A stretch of DNA of 64,000 nucleotides from a bacterium (GTDB lineage Bacteria; UBA8248), in NCBI GenBank assembly GCA_965204535.1, contig CBDBEV010000001.1, positions 320,001-384,000 on the forward strand. The letters run 5' to 3'. The first letter of the stretch is position 1; every line of letters begins with the position of its first letter. The position numbers and the translations under genes were made by a program. Of the stretch, positions 18,458-29,089 are shown in pieces. Under the pieces are notes generated by a model, which worked only from the letters and a program-made list of their open reading frames with translations, made no database searches and had not been told where the DNA came from.

Positions 18458-21400
18458 ATGAGACATCGCTCGAGAGAAGACCGACGGGGCTTGCAGGCGG
18501 AGGCGGCTGCGGTCCGTCATCCGTCATCCGAAGAAGAGGGCGGCATGAGCGCCGGACGGCTGTCCGGGCGCCGCAAGCCGGCTTCCCGGACCCCGGCGGA
18601 GCCCGTCCCGGGTTTATCGGGGGGCTCCCTCCCGCCTGAGCCGGCCGCCGCCCCCCGCGGGCGCGCACGCAAGCTCCTCTCCCCTTCATCCGGACTGACC
18701 GGCGGCCACGGCGCCGCTCCGGCAGGCTCGCGCCGGGCCGCGTCCGCGTGGCGCCGCCTCGCGCTGCTGCCCGTCCTCGCGCTGGTGCTCGGCGCGCTGT
18801 GCCTGCTCGACGCCGCCCCGGTCGGGGCCACTCATGAGACCGCACCTACCGGCGTCTCCGTGTCAGCATCGCAGTCGGGACAGTTGGCGGTCACCTGGAC
18901 CAAGCCCGCCAGCACCCTCGGCTCAAGGGTACGATGGCGTGTGAAGTCCCCGCAAGGCAGCTGGCAAGGAGGCGGTGAGGGCGAAAGAGTATTCAATCAA
19001 AGCTGCGCCGCTACTACATGCTCATTCACGATAACGGGCTTGACCAACGGGACCACATATGAGGTCCAGGTAGGTATAAGGAATTTTCACGATCATTGGT
19101 CCGCCAGCGCGGACGGCACCCCCCAGGGCGCCGCGCTGTCCACCAACGCGAACCTGAGCGGTCTGACGGCGAAGAGCGCGGCGAGCGCGACGGGCACGTT
19201 CTCGGCGCTCGCGTTGACCCCGGCGACCTTCTCGGCGGCGACGACCGCCTACACCGCCTCGGTGGCGAACGGCGTCACGCACGTGAAGCTGACGCCGACG
19301 AAGGCGCACACCGGCGCCTCGATCAAGGTCGGCAAGGGGACGAGCCTCTCGGCGGTGACCAGCGGCTCGGAGAGTTCGGCCATCGCGCTCTCGGTGGGTT
19401 CGAACGCCATCAAGGTCGAGGTCACGGCCCAGGACGGCACGACGAAGCGGACCTACACCGTCACCGTGACGCGGGCGGCCGCCACCCTGTCCACCAACGC
19501 GAACCTGAGCGGTCTGACGGCGGCGGGCGCGACGAGCGCGACGGGCGCGTACTCTTCGCTTTCGCTGACGCCTGCGTTCTCGGCGACCCGGACCTCGGCC
19601 ACCTACGAGGTCTCGGTGCCCGTCAACATCACGCATGTGAAGCTGACGCCGACGAAGGCGCACACCGGCGCTTCCATCAAGGTCGGCAAGTTTGCCACGG
19701 TCCTGAGCCCGGTGAACAGCGGCTCGGAGAGTTCGGCCATCGCGCTCTCGGCGGGCTCGACCCTGCTCGTGGTCGAGGTGACGGCCCAGGACGGCACGAC
19801 GAAGAAGACCTACAACCTCACCATGCGGTGGGACGCCTCGACCCCATCCCCCCTCTGGTCGGCGACGCTGACGGCGAAGGCCACAACCGGCACTGGCAGA
19901 GGGTGCGACAACTCGGTAACGGGCAGCAAGTGCAGTTCGACCTCGGTGCTGACGGACGACGACTTCACGCACGCAAGCCACACCTACGAGATTTCAGCAG
20001 TGGAGGGCGTCGATGGCGGCGACCGCCTGACGGTCGAATTCAACCGCGATGCGACCGTCACGCTGGACGGCTACAAGCTGTGCGTCGGCGCGACGGCGTT
20101 GGCGTTCTCATCCGCCACTCATACCGCGGGCAATCGTTTCGCCGCGTGGACCCCCTCTCCGGCCCTGCCGATTCGCACCGGCGACACGGTCTCGCTGAGC
20201 ATCGTGCCCTCCGGCTCGTCCTGCCCGACCGCGGCCCCGACCGCCCGGACGCCGACCGCGGCCGGCCCGAGCGCGGGCCTGGCGCTGTCGGTGGCGCCGG
20301 GCGACGGGTCGCTGGCGCTGACGTGGAACAAGCCGTGGGGGCCGAACTATATCTATGAGGTGCAGTGGAAGGCGTCCTCGGCGCCGGACGCGGACGCGAG
20401 CACGCCGGGCGACCCGTCGACCGGCTGGGTGGCGCCCGGGCGCGCGCGGATTGTCAATGGCGTGCCCCAGACCCGCTACACCTCCCGCACGGAGTACACG
20501 ATTCGGGGGCTGGCCAACGGCACGGCCTACGACGTGCGGGTGCGCCCGTACGCCTATCCCGGTGAGGCCGAATGGCCCTGGTCCGCCGGCACGGGCACGC
20601 CGGCGGCGCCGGCCCCGCCCGCGTCGCTGACGCTGAGCGTGGACGCCGAGGCCATCGAGCACGAAGGCTCGGTGACGGTGACGGCGCGGCTGGACGCGCC
20701 GGCGATGAAGGCGATGGAGGTGTGGTTCGACACCGCGGGCGACGGCGGCGCGGCGCGCTGGGGCCCGGACTGCGCCTGGGAGCACGGCGCGAGCGACATG
20801 TTTGCCGCCGGCCAGCGGGAGGCGACGGTGAAGCTGTGCGCGACCGCGGCGGGCGCGGGGCGGACGATGACGGTCACGGCGGGGACCCACGATCCGGCGC
20901 TGACGGCGGCGGCCGTCAGGGTGCGGGTGCAGGGGCCGAACCCGCCGACGGCGCTGTCGGTGCACGCGGACCCGCAGGCCGTGGCGGCGGGCGGCACGGT
21001 GACGGTGACCGTGCGCCTCGACCGGCCGAGCGCGCCGGGCATGACGGTGCACCTCCACCTTAATGGCGTCGGGGCGGCGTCGTGGGGCGCGTGCGGCGGG
21101 ACCGCCGCCGCCCGGACCCTGCCCTCGCCCCTCTCCGGGTACCGGAGGGTGGAGATACCGCCCGGCGGGCGGGAGGCGGCGGCGGAGCTGTGCGTACTGT
21201 GGGAGGCCGGGCCGCGCCTGGAGCTCGGCGCGTATTCCTACGCGCCGCGGCTGGACGCGCCGGACCTGGCGCTGCCGGGGCCGGGGGGCCTGGGCCTGCG
21301 CGCGCTGACGGTGACCTCGCCGGACCCGTCGCAGCGGGTGGCGCAGGGCGAGGTGGCGCTTGAGGCGCAGAGCAGCAGCTACGAGGTGCGGGTGCCGCTC

Positions 21401-24361
21401 GCGGTGGACCGGGTGACGGTGAAGCCGGCGGCGAAGTACGCGTCGGCGGCGGTGAAGGTGAACGGCCAGGCGGTGGACGCCGGCGCGCCGGCGGTCGACG
21501 TGCCGCTCGAGGAGGGCGAGAACCCGGTCGTCATCGAGGTGTCCGTGCCGAAGGTGCCGGCGGTGCGGAAGTACACCCTGACGGTGGTGCGGGGCGGCGA
21601 GGCGGAGGGCGGGGAGCGGCAGGGCGACCTGCTGACGGCCTCGTTCGAGGCGGCGCCGGAGACGCACGACGGCGGGACGTTCACGTTCCTGGTGCGCCTG
21701 AGCGAGGTGCTGGGGACGAGCTACAGCCGCACGCTGCGGGCGGCGGCGTTCGCGGTCGCGCATGGCCGGGTGGAGAGCGTGGAGCAGGTCGAGGCCGGGC
21801 TGTGGCGCGTGCGGGTCGCGCCGTCTTCGGCGGCGAAGGCGGTGACGGTGACGCTTGCGGGCGGGCGCGGCTGCGACGCGGACGGGGCGGTGTGCACGCC
21901 CGACGGGCGGGCGCTGTCGAACACGTCGGTCGCGGCGGTGGCGGCGGCGCCGGCGTGCGAGGCCGGGGCGGGACCGCTGTGCGGGCTCGCGCTCACGGCC
22001 GGTTCGGGGGCGGTGGCGCTGAGCCCGGCGTTCGCGCCGGGGGTGACGTTCTACCGGGCGTCGGTGCCGGCGGGGACGGCGGGCGTGACGCTGGCGCCGC
22101 ACTGGGGCGGCGAGGCGAGCGTGTTCGCGGGCTCGCGCTGGGGCGCGACGACCTTCACGCGCCCGGCGCGGGTGCGGCCCTCGGGCACGGCGGTCGCGCT
22201 GGCCCTCGCGCCGGACGGCGGCGCGACCGAGCTGTGGGTGATGGCGAGCGGTCCGGGCGGCCGGAAGACCTACCGCATCGACGTGACCGAGGCGCAGGCG
22301 CGCGCGGAGCCGCTGACGGCGGCGTTCGAGGCGGTGCCCCCGGAGCACGACGGCCGTGAGGCGTTCTGGCTGAAGGTGCGCTTCAGCGAGGCGCTGGGCG
22401 CGGGCGGCGGCGTTCCGAGCCCGGCGTCGTTCCGGGTGCGCGCCGGCAAGGCGAGGAAGGTGGAGCGGGTCGAGGCGGGGCTGTGGCGGGTGAAGGTGAG
22501 GCCCGATGCGTGGCGCGACGTGACGGTGACGCTGGCGGACGGCCGCGGCTGCGCGGAGGAGGGCGCGGTGTGCGCGTCCGGCGGGCGGGCGCTCGCGAAC
22601 GCGCCGGTCGCGACGGTCGGCGGCCCGGTGCGGATCCGGATCGAGGGCGGCAAGGCGCGCGAGGGCAAGGACGCATCGCTCGACTTCGCGGTGACGCTGA
22701 ACCGCGCGGCGGCGCACGAGGTGTCGGTGGACTACGCGACGGCGGACGGCGCGGCGAAGGCGGGGGCGGACTACACGGCCGCGTCCGGCACGCTCGTCTT
22801 CGCGCCGGGCGAGACGGCGAAGACGGTGAGCGTGGCGATCCTCGACGACGCGGTGGACGAGGGCAAGGAGACGTTCGTGCTCCGGCTGTCGAACCCGCGG
22901 GGGGCGTATCTGCGGGGCATCCACCGCGAGGCGAAGGGGGTGATCCGGAACGAGGACCCGATGCCGGGGGTGTGGCTCGCGCGCTTCGGGCGCACGGCGG
23001 CGGAGAACGTGGTGGAGGCGGTGGGCGCGCGCATCGAGGGTGACGCCGGGGCGGCGAGGATGGTGCTGGGCGGGCAGGAACTGGGCCTGGACGGCTCCGC
23101 CGGCCGCGAGGCGCTCCTCGCGCGCCTGGCGGAACGCTACCGGCGCGAGGCCGGCGCCCGGCGCGAGCGCGGGGAAGACGCGCCGCCCCCGGTGCGCGAG
23201 GTCTCGATGAGCGAACTCCTGCTCGCGAGCTCGTTTCACATGGCCTCGGCGGGTGACGCGGGCGCCTCCCCGGGGCGCTGGTCGGTGTGGGGCCGCGGGG
23301 CGCGCTCCTCGTTCAGCGGCAAGGAGGGCGTCCTCACGCTCGAGGGCGACGTGACGACGGCGGCGCTGGGCGCGGACTACGAGCGCGCGCGCTGGCTGGT
23401 GGGCGTGGCGCTCGCGCGGAGTTCGGGCGACGGTTCCTACAGGGCGGACGGCGCGGGCGGCGCGGGCGAGGTGGAGAGCGCGCTGACGGGCGTCTACCCC
23501 TACGCGCGCTACCGGGTGAGCGGGTCGTTCTCGCTCTGGGGCGTGGTGGGCCTGGGCTCGGGCGGGATGACGCTCACGCCCGGGGGCGCGCCGCCGGTGG
23601 ACGCCGACGTCGATATGGGAATGGCGGCGGGGGGCGCGCGCGGCGTCCTCCTGCCCGCGCGGGCGCCGGGCGGGTTCGAGCTCGCCCTTCGCGCGGACGT
23701 CCTCGTGACGGACACGCGCTCGGACGCCGCGGCGGATCTCGCGGAGACCGAAGCGGGGACGAGCCGGGTGCGGCTCTTGCTGGAGGGTTCGCGCTCGCTC
23801 CGGTTCGGCGATGCGGTGCTGACGCCCTCGGTGGAGATAGGGTTCCGGAACGATTCGGGCGACGCGGAAACAGGCGGGGGCGTCGAGGCGGGCGGCGGCC
23901 TCCGCTGGTCCTCGGGCGCCCTGACGGCGGAGGTGCGCGCGCGCGGCCTCATCTCCCACAATGAGGGCGGTTATGAGGAATGGGGCGTGAGCGCCTCGGT
24001 GGGGTACGCGCCGGGCCCGGACGGGCGCGGTCTCTCGCTCCGCGCGGGTTCGTCCTGGGGCGCGGCCGCGGGCGGCGCCGAGCGGCTCTGGTCGCAGGCG
24101 GCGGGCCTCTCGCCGGGCGGTGCGTTCGAGCCGGGCGCCGCGGGCTTCGACGCCGAGGCGGGCTGGGGCCTCGACGCCTGGGGCGGACTCCTGACGCCCT
24201 ACACCGGCTTCACGCTCACCGGGAGCGGGGAGACGTACCGCGCGGGCGGGCGCTTCCGGCTCGCCGAATCCCTCACCATGAGCCTCGAGGGCGACCTGCG
24301 CGAGAGGGACGGGGGCGCTTCCGTCCACGGCGTGGCGCTCAAGGGCTCGATGCGGTGGTAG
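18458..24361 (+). CDS. Giant autotransporter adhesin (Fn3, cadherin-like beta sandwiches, Calx-beta, C-terminal beta-barrel)
   Basis: Fn3 GLTNGTTYEVQV and GLANGTAYDVRV; tandem LSTNANLSGLT...VEVTAQDGTT repeats; Calx-beta VDYATADG..AGADY...ILDDAVDEGKETF; barrel from WLARFGR to a terminal W. Confidence 0.88.
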   Translation: MRHRSREDRRGLQAEAAAVRHPSSEEEGGMSAGRLSGRRKPASRTPAEPVPGLSGGSLPPEPAAAPRGRARKLLSPSSGLTGGHGAAPAGSRRAASAWRRLALLPVLALVLGALCLLDAAPVGATHETAPTGVSVSASQSGQLAVTWTKPASTLGSRVRWRVKSPQGSWQGGGEGERVFNQSCAATTCSFTITGLTNGTTYEVQVGIRNFHDHWSASADGTPQGAALSTNANLSGLTAKSAASATGTFSALALTPATFSAATTAYTASVANGVTHVKLTPTKAHTGASIKVGKGTSLSAVTSGSESSAIALSVGSNAIKVEVTAQDGTTKRTYTVTVTRAAATLSTNANLSGLTAAGATSATGAYSSLSLTPAFSATRTSATYEVSVPVNITHVKLTPTKAHTGASIKVGKFATVLSPVNSGSESSAIALSAGSTLLVVEVTAQDGTTKKTYNLTMRWDASTPSPLWSATLTAKATTGTGRGCDNSVTGSKCSSTSVLTDDDFTHASHTYEISAVEGVDGGDRLTVEFNRDATVTLDGYKLCVGATALAFSSATHTAGNRFAAWTPSPALPIRTGDTVSLSIVPSGSSCPTAAPTARTPTAAGPSAGLALSVAPGDGSLALTWNKPWGPNYIYEVQWKASSAPDADASTPGDPSTGWVAPGRARIVNGVPQTRYTSRTEYTIRGLANGTAYDVRVRPYAYPGEAEWPWSAGTGTPAAPAPPASLTLSVDAEAIEHEGSVTVTARLDAPAMKAMEVWFDTAGDGGAARWGPDCAWEHGASDMFAAGQREATVKLCATAAGAGRTMTVTAGTHDPALTAAAVRVRVQGPNPPTALSVHADPQAVAAGGTVTVTVRLDRPSAPGMTVHLHLNGVGAASWGACGGTAAARTLPSPLSGYRRVEIPPGGREAAAELCVLWEAGPRLELGAYSYAPRLDAPDLALPGPGGLGLRALTVTSPDPSQRVAQGEVALEAQSSSYEVRVPLAVDRVTVKPAAKYASAAVKVNGQAVDAGAPAVDVPLEEGENPVVIEVSVPKVPAVRKYTLTVVRGGEAEGGERQGDLLTASFEAAPETHDGGTFTFLVRLSEVLGTSYSRTLRAAAFAVAHGRVESVEQVEAGLWRVRVAPSSAAKAVTVTLAGGRGCDADGAVCTPDGRALSNTSVAAVAAAPACEAGAGPLCGLALTAGSGAVALSPAFAPGVTFYRASVPAGTAGVTLAPHWGGEASVFAGSRWGATTFTRPARVRPSGTAVALALAPDGGATELWVMASGPGGRKTYRIDVTEAQARAEPLTAAFEAVPPEHDGREAFWLKVRFSEALGAGGGVPSPASFRVRAGKARKVERVEAGLWRVKVRPDAWRDVTVTLADGRGCAEEGAVCASGGRALANAPVATVGGPVRIRIEGGKAREGKDASLDFAVTLNRAAAHEVSVDYATADGAAKAGADYTAASGTLVFAPGETAKTVSVAILDDAVDEGKETFVLRLSNPRGAYLRGIHREAKGVIRNEDPMPGVWLARFGRTAAENVVEAVGARIEGDAGAARMVLGGQELGLDGSAGREALLARLAERYRREAGARRERGEDAPPPVREVSMSELLLASSFHMASAGDAGASPGRWSVWGRGARSSFSGKEGVLTLEGDVTTAALGADYERARWLVGVALARSSGDGSYRADGAGGAGEVESALTGVYPYARYRVSGSFSLWGVVGLGSGGMTLTPGGAPPVDADVDMGMAAGGARGVLLPARAPGGFELALRADVLVTDTRSDAAADLAETEAGTSRVRLLLEGSRSLRFGDAVLTPSVEIGFRNDSGDAETGGGVEAGGGLRWSSGALTAEVRARGLISHNEGGYEEWGVSASVGYAPGPDGRGLSLRAGSSWGAAAGGAERLWSQAAGLSPGGAFEPGAAGFDAEAGWGLDAWGGLLTPYTGFTLTGSGETYRAGGRFRLAESLTMSLEGDLRERDGGASVHGVALKGSMRW

Positions 24362-25500
24362 GGGCGGACCCGGGGGAAGCGCAGGCCGTTCCTCCCTGCC
24401 CGGATGAACGACCCGTTTTTCCATACGGACGATGCGAACCGATGCGGGCGGACGGGACATGCCCGTCGGAACGTCCTCACCGGCCGGGTCGCATATATGC
24501 GACCCCTACGAAAGAACATCCCCCCGTGGTTGTCCTTCACCCGTAGGGACAGGCCCCCGTGCCTGTCCTGATGTGGGACGGCCACGGGCGTAGACATCTT
24601 CGATACGGGCGGCCACAGGGGGCCGCCCCTACGGGAGCCATTCGAGGGGGCGCACAGGGCTCTTTCATACCCCCCTGACAAGGGGGGGTAGGGGGGGTTG
24701 GTTTCAAACCGGGGGAAGGGCGGACACATCGGTCCGCCCTGCGGATTCGTTACGTTCGGTTTTGTAGGGGCCGCATACATGCGGCCCGTCGCCGGGAGGC
24801 GAAAAAACCAGGGTCGCATGTATGTCGGACATATATGTCCGACATACACGAGAATCCTCCGTTCACAGAGGAGGCCTTTGGTCGTCATTCTGGCCACCGA
24901 CCCCGTAGGGACAGGTCGCGACCTCGGACAGGCACAGGGGCCCGTCCGCTACAGGTGCGATTCGGCTTTGTTCGTCATTCTGGCGGCGGTCAATGTCAAC
25001 CGGGAAGAGGTATCCGTAGGGACAGGCCCCCGTGCCTGTCCTGATGTGGGGCGGCCACAGGGTCAGACATATATGTCTGACCCCTACGGGAGCCTTGTCG
25101 TTCGGGAATCACTCCCCCCTTGACAGCGAACAAAGGCAACCCCCCCTACCCCCCCTTGTCAGGGGGGTATGAAAAAGCAAGACCCCAAAAAAGGATCAAC
25201 TCCCCCCTTGAGGGTCATCCCTTCACGCGCGAGATATGCAATCAACTCCCCCCTTGTCGGGGTTGTTGAAAAGGCCCCTGCGCACCCCTCGAACGGCGAC
25301 TGTAGGGGTCAGACATATATGTCTGACCCCGTGGCCGCCCGTCGGTCGTATTCACCCGGATACAGCAAGGGCGCGAGGGCCACGGACAGGCACGGGGGCC
25401 TGTCCTTGCTACGGTGAACAATTCGATGATCGGGATTCCTTCCCCACCGGAGGGTTTTTCAACAACCCCACAAGGGAGGCAGGGGGGGTGGTTTTCGGGC
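24358..25500. repeat. Second mosaic repeat field, sharing a ~220-270 bp block with 17400-17675
   Basis: Same palindrome families; 24952-25168 nearly identical to 17400-17675 apart from indels. Confidence 0.85.
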
Positions 25501-25910
25501 CGGGGCGCATTTGCCCGCATTTGCCGTCATCCCCAAAACCGCAGACTGCGCTATCGTGCGCGCGACGCGGGGAAGGTGTTTTTCCCCGGCGGATTGAGGC
25601 GCAGGCGGAGGAGGCTTTCTCATGGGATGGGGTGATGGAGCGGGGAAGCGTGACGGGAATGGGTTCAGGGACGGCATGAAAATAAAAATAATGATATTTC
25701 CCGTAAAATGCGATTAATCATTGTCATGAACCCGGTGTCGGCGCGATAGTATGATTGACTACGTATGTCTACGATAACTGATTGTTTATAATACCATATT
25801 TCTGTTATTTCGTACCCAGCTACCCCTTGCATTTTCGCCATACATATGCTTAGATAGCCTCCAGTTTGATGTCGCACGTATGCGTTTTGATTACAGATTC
25901 AGGAGGGAAG

Positions 25911-27086
25911 ATGCCGAAGCGAAGCGAACTGAAACTCACGAAGCGCACCGTCGACGCGCTCGAGGCCGACGGGAAGGACGCTCTCTTCTGGGACCGGGAG
26001 CTGGCGGGCTTCGGGGTGCGCGTCCACGCCACGGGCAGGAAGACCTGGGTGGTGCAGTCCCGGGGACCCGGGGGTCCCAAGCGCGTGACGCTCGGCCGTC
26101 ACGGGGAGCTGGCCGTCGATGAGGCCAGGAAACAGGCCGCCCTCATTATCGACCGCATCAAGCGCGGCGAGGATTTCAGCGCCGCGGCGCCCGAGGCGGA
26201 GACCACCGTGGCCGGACTCGCCGAACGCTTCATGCGCACCCACGTGGAGAAACACCTGAAGCCCGCCAGCGTTGCCGCATACCGCACCACGCTCGACAAA
26301 CACATCCTGCCGGCCCTGGGCGGGATGGGCATGGAGGAGATCGGCGGGGCGGAAGTCACGGCGCTCCATCACGGCCTTCGCGATACGCCGGTCCTGGCGA
26401 ACCAGGCGGTCCATCTGCTTTCGCGCATGTTCGTACTTGCCGAAGCGTGGGAGCTGGTACCGCCCGGGCGGAACCCCTGCCTCGCCGTGCGCCGCTACAG
26501 GACGCAGGCGCGCGAGCGGTTCCTGGCGCCTGAGGAATACCGGAGGCTGGGCCTTGCGCTCAGGCAAACCGAGGCGGAGGGCGGGATATGGCCGCCCGCT
26601 ATAGCGGCCATCCGGCTGCTCGTACTTACCGGATGCCGCAGGGGCGAGATACTGAACTTGCGCTGGGACGACGTGGACCGCACGGCGGGGGACCTGAGAC
26701 TCAGGGACGCCAAGGCGGGTCCCCGGATGGTGCCCCTGACGAAGCCCGTGCTCAGGGTGCTGGACGGGGTTCCCCATCAGCCGGAGGTTCCCTGGGTGAT
26801 CGCGGGCCAAAGGCCGGGGAGGCGCCTCACGGGCCTGCAATACTACTGGCGGTCCGTCCGGGCGCGGGCGGGGCTTCATGATGTCCGCATCCATGACCTC
26901 AGACATTCGTACGCCAGCCGGGCGCTGGCGCTGGGCGAGAGCCTCTACACGATCGGGAAACTCCTCGGGCACACGAGCGTGGCGACGAGCGCGCGCTACG
27001 CGCACCTGATGCACGAGGCCGAGAGGGAGGCGGCGGTGCGGGTGGGCGGGAGCATCGGCGCGCACGTCACGAGCCGAGGGAGGTAG
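25911..27086 (+). CDS. Tyrosine integrase with an N-terminal arm-binding domain
   Basis: WDRELAGFGVRV arm domain; TGCRRGEI, HDLRHS, LLGH, ARYAH; RBS GGAGGG. Confidence 0.92.
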   Translation: MPKRSELKLTKRTVDALEADGKDALFWDRELAGFGVRVHATGRKTWVVQSRGPGGPKRVTLGRHGELAVDEARKQAALIIDRIKRGEDFSAAAPEAETTVAGLAERFMRTHVEKHLKPASVAAYRTTLDKHILPALGGMGMEEIGGAEVTALHHGLRDTPVLANQAVHLLSRMFVLAEAWELVPPGRNPCLAVRRYRTQARERFLAPEEYRRLGLALRQTEAEGGIWPPAIAAIRLLVLTGCRRGEILNLRWDDVDRTAGDLRLRDAKAGPRMVPLTKPVLRVLDGVPHQPEVPWVIAGQRPGRRLTGLQYYWRSVRARAGLHDVRIHDLRHSYASRALALGESLYTIGKLLGHTSVATSARYAHLMHEAEREAAVRVGGSIGAHVTSRGR

Positions 27087-27093
27087 AGTGAAG

Positions 27094-28263
27094 ATGACGC
27101 AGCCCAAAATCAAAACGCTGTCGAACCGCGCGGTCGGGAAGCTCGCGGTGGAGAAGGACACCGTCTTCTGGGACCGGGAGCTCACGGGTTTCGGCGTGAG
27201 GGTCTATCCCACCGGGAGCAAGGTCTACGTCGCCCAGGCGCGGGGGCCGGAAGGGCCCAAACGCGTGGCCGTGGGCCGCCACGGCGTGATCAACGCCGAT
27301 GAGGCCAGGAAGCGCGCCGCCCACATCATCGCGAGGGTCAAGGCGGGCGAGGAGGCGGTGCCCGAACCGATGAAGCCGGCGGGAGGCCCCACGGTGGCCG
27401 AACTTTGCGCGCGCTACCTCTCCGAATACGTCTCGGTGCGGTGCAAGCCGGGCACCGCCGCGCTCTATCGCTCGGTGATCGACCGCCACGTCCTGCCCGC
27501 CCTGGGCAAGCTGCCGATCGCTGCGCTCTCGCGCGCGCAGGTGGCGGAATTCCACGAGAGCCTCTACGAGACGCCCGCGGTGGCGAACACGGCGCTCCGC
27601 ATCCTCTCCTCGATGTACCGCCTGGCCGCGGGCTGGGGAATGGTCCCCGAGGGATTATCAAACCCCTGCAAGGCCCTGGTGAAATACCCCGAGCGCAGGC
27701 GCGAGCGGTTCCTGACGGATTCGGAGTTCACCCGCCTGGGAGAAGCGCTCGAGGAGGCGGAGGCCCGGAGCGGCGCCTCCGCGTCCACTGTGGCGGCGAT
27801 ACGCCTTCTCGCGCTTACCGGGTGCCGCAGGAGCGAGGTGCTCGGGCTGCGCCGCGAGGACGTGGCGCTCGAAGCGGCCGAGCTCAGGCTGCCCGATTCC
27901 AAGACGGGCGCGCGGGCGGTCCCGCTCCCGCCCCAGGCGGTCGAACTCCTCTCGGGTCTCCTCGGCGCCCACGACGGCCCCTGGGTCATACCGGGCAGGA
28001 AGCCCGGGACGCCCTTGAGGAACATCGACGAGGCCTGGCGAACGATAAGGGAGCGCGCGGGTCTCGAAGGCGTGCGCCTCCATGACCTGCGCCACTCCTG
28101 GGCCTCGCGGGCGCTTGCGCTCGGCGAGGCGCTCCCCGTGATCGGGAAGCTCCTGGGCCACAGCAAGATGGAGACGACGGCACGCTACGCGCACCTCGCG
28201 CGCGACTCGGCGCAGGAGGCGGCCGAGCGGGTCGCCGAGAGCATCGCCGAAGACATGCTGTAG
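27094..28263 (+). CDS. Second paralogous tyrosine integrase
   Basis: WDRELTGFGVRV; TGCRRSEV, HDLRHS, LLGH, ARYAH. Confidence 0.92.
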   Translation: MTQPKIKTLSNRAVGKLAVEKDTVFWDRELTGFGVRVYPTGSKVYVAQARGPEGPKRVAVGRHGVINADEARKRAAHIIARVKAGEEAVPEPMKPAGGPTVAELCARYLSEYVSVRCKPGTAALYRSVIDRHVLPALGKLPIAALSRAQVAEFHESLYETPAVANTALRILSSMYRLAAGWGMVPEGLSNPCKALVKYPERRRERFLTDSEFTRLGEALEEAEARSGASASTVAAIRLLALTGCRRSEVLGLRREDVALEAAELRLPDSKTGARAVPLPPQAVELLSGLLGAHDGPWVIPGRKPGTPLRNIDEAWRTIRERAGLEGVRLHDLRHSWASRALALGEALPVIGKLLGHSKMETTARYAHLARDSAQEAAERVAESIAEDML

Positions 28264-28489
28264 GGTCACAGCAGGCGCGCGCCGGCCAAGTGTTTGCCCG
28301 CGCCCGGAGCCGGTGATAAATTTGGGAGTGCCTGAAACTATTTCGTTTCCATAATATTTGACAAATATTTCAAAAAATATTTATTCTCATCCTGCGAAAC
28401 CTTCCTGGAAAAAATCAAGCAACAGACTACCCAGGCCACAACCGCCCATGTGTCCAAAAATCTTTTTGGGGTTTAATAAGGAATTGGCA

Positions 28490-28939
28490 ATGAAAAAAGT
28501 AATGAGCTTGATCCTTTCTGCATTCCTGACATTCGGTTGTGTTCCTTCCCCCGATGGTATTTCGGCTGCTTATGTATCTCCCTTGCAATACCGGTCCTTA
28601 AAATGTTCTCAACTACTTGAAGAATATAGAAGAGTAAACTACAGGGCCATTGAGGTAACAAAATTCCAAAGGGCCGAATCAGAACAAAGTACTGGTGCAA
28701 TGGCAGTCGGCTTGATTCTGTTTTGGCCGGCGCTTTTCTTTGTTAGTGGAACGGACAGGTCTCCGGAATTGGCGAGGTTACGGGGAGAGGTTGAAGCAAT
28801 AGAAAAAACCGCTATCAGGAAAGAGTGTTACGAACTTACCGAAACGATTAGAGAAGAACGTTCACGCGCAAAAGTGGAAGCGGAACAAGCCGCAAAGAAA
28901 CAAAAACAACAGGAAGAAAAAGAGAAGGAATTGCCATAG
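28490..28939 (+). CDS. Low-GC lipoprotein of unknown function
   Basis: MKK signal, LTFGC lipobox, YVSPLQY..C, hydrophobic GLILFWPALFF, ELARLRGE. Confidence 0.7.
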   Translation: MKKVMSLILSAFLTFGCVPSPDGISAAYVSPLQYRSLKCSQLLEEYRRVNYRAIEVTKFQRAESEQSTGAMAVGLILFWPALFFVSGTDRSPELARLRGEVEAIEKTAIRKECYELTETIREERSRAKVEAEQAAKKQKQQEEKEKELP

Positions 28940-29089
28940 TAAAATCGATTGATTTAATTATATAGAAAAACCTTGAAATAAAGTTTCGGCACTATTGTAT
29001 ATAATTCCCATAAATTTCATTCTATTCAACAGGTTATCCGAATCGTTCATCTCAGGTTTTTCACCCGGACGGGGTGCGGGAGGAGTCCT

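Noticed and set aside
20108-24460. 1450-aa antisense ORF and similar long Arg/Ala-rich overlapping ORFs (e.g. 243-1604, 31705-33141, 60228-62102)
   Set aside because: Shadow frames of high-GC genes with no recognisable motifs.
17370-25500. CRISPR array in the palindromic repeat fields
   Set aside because: No constant repeat-spacer period, mixed orientations and families, and no cas genes.
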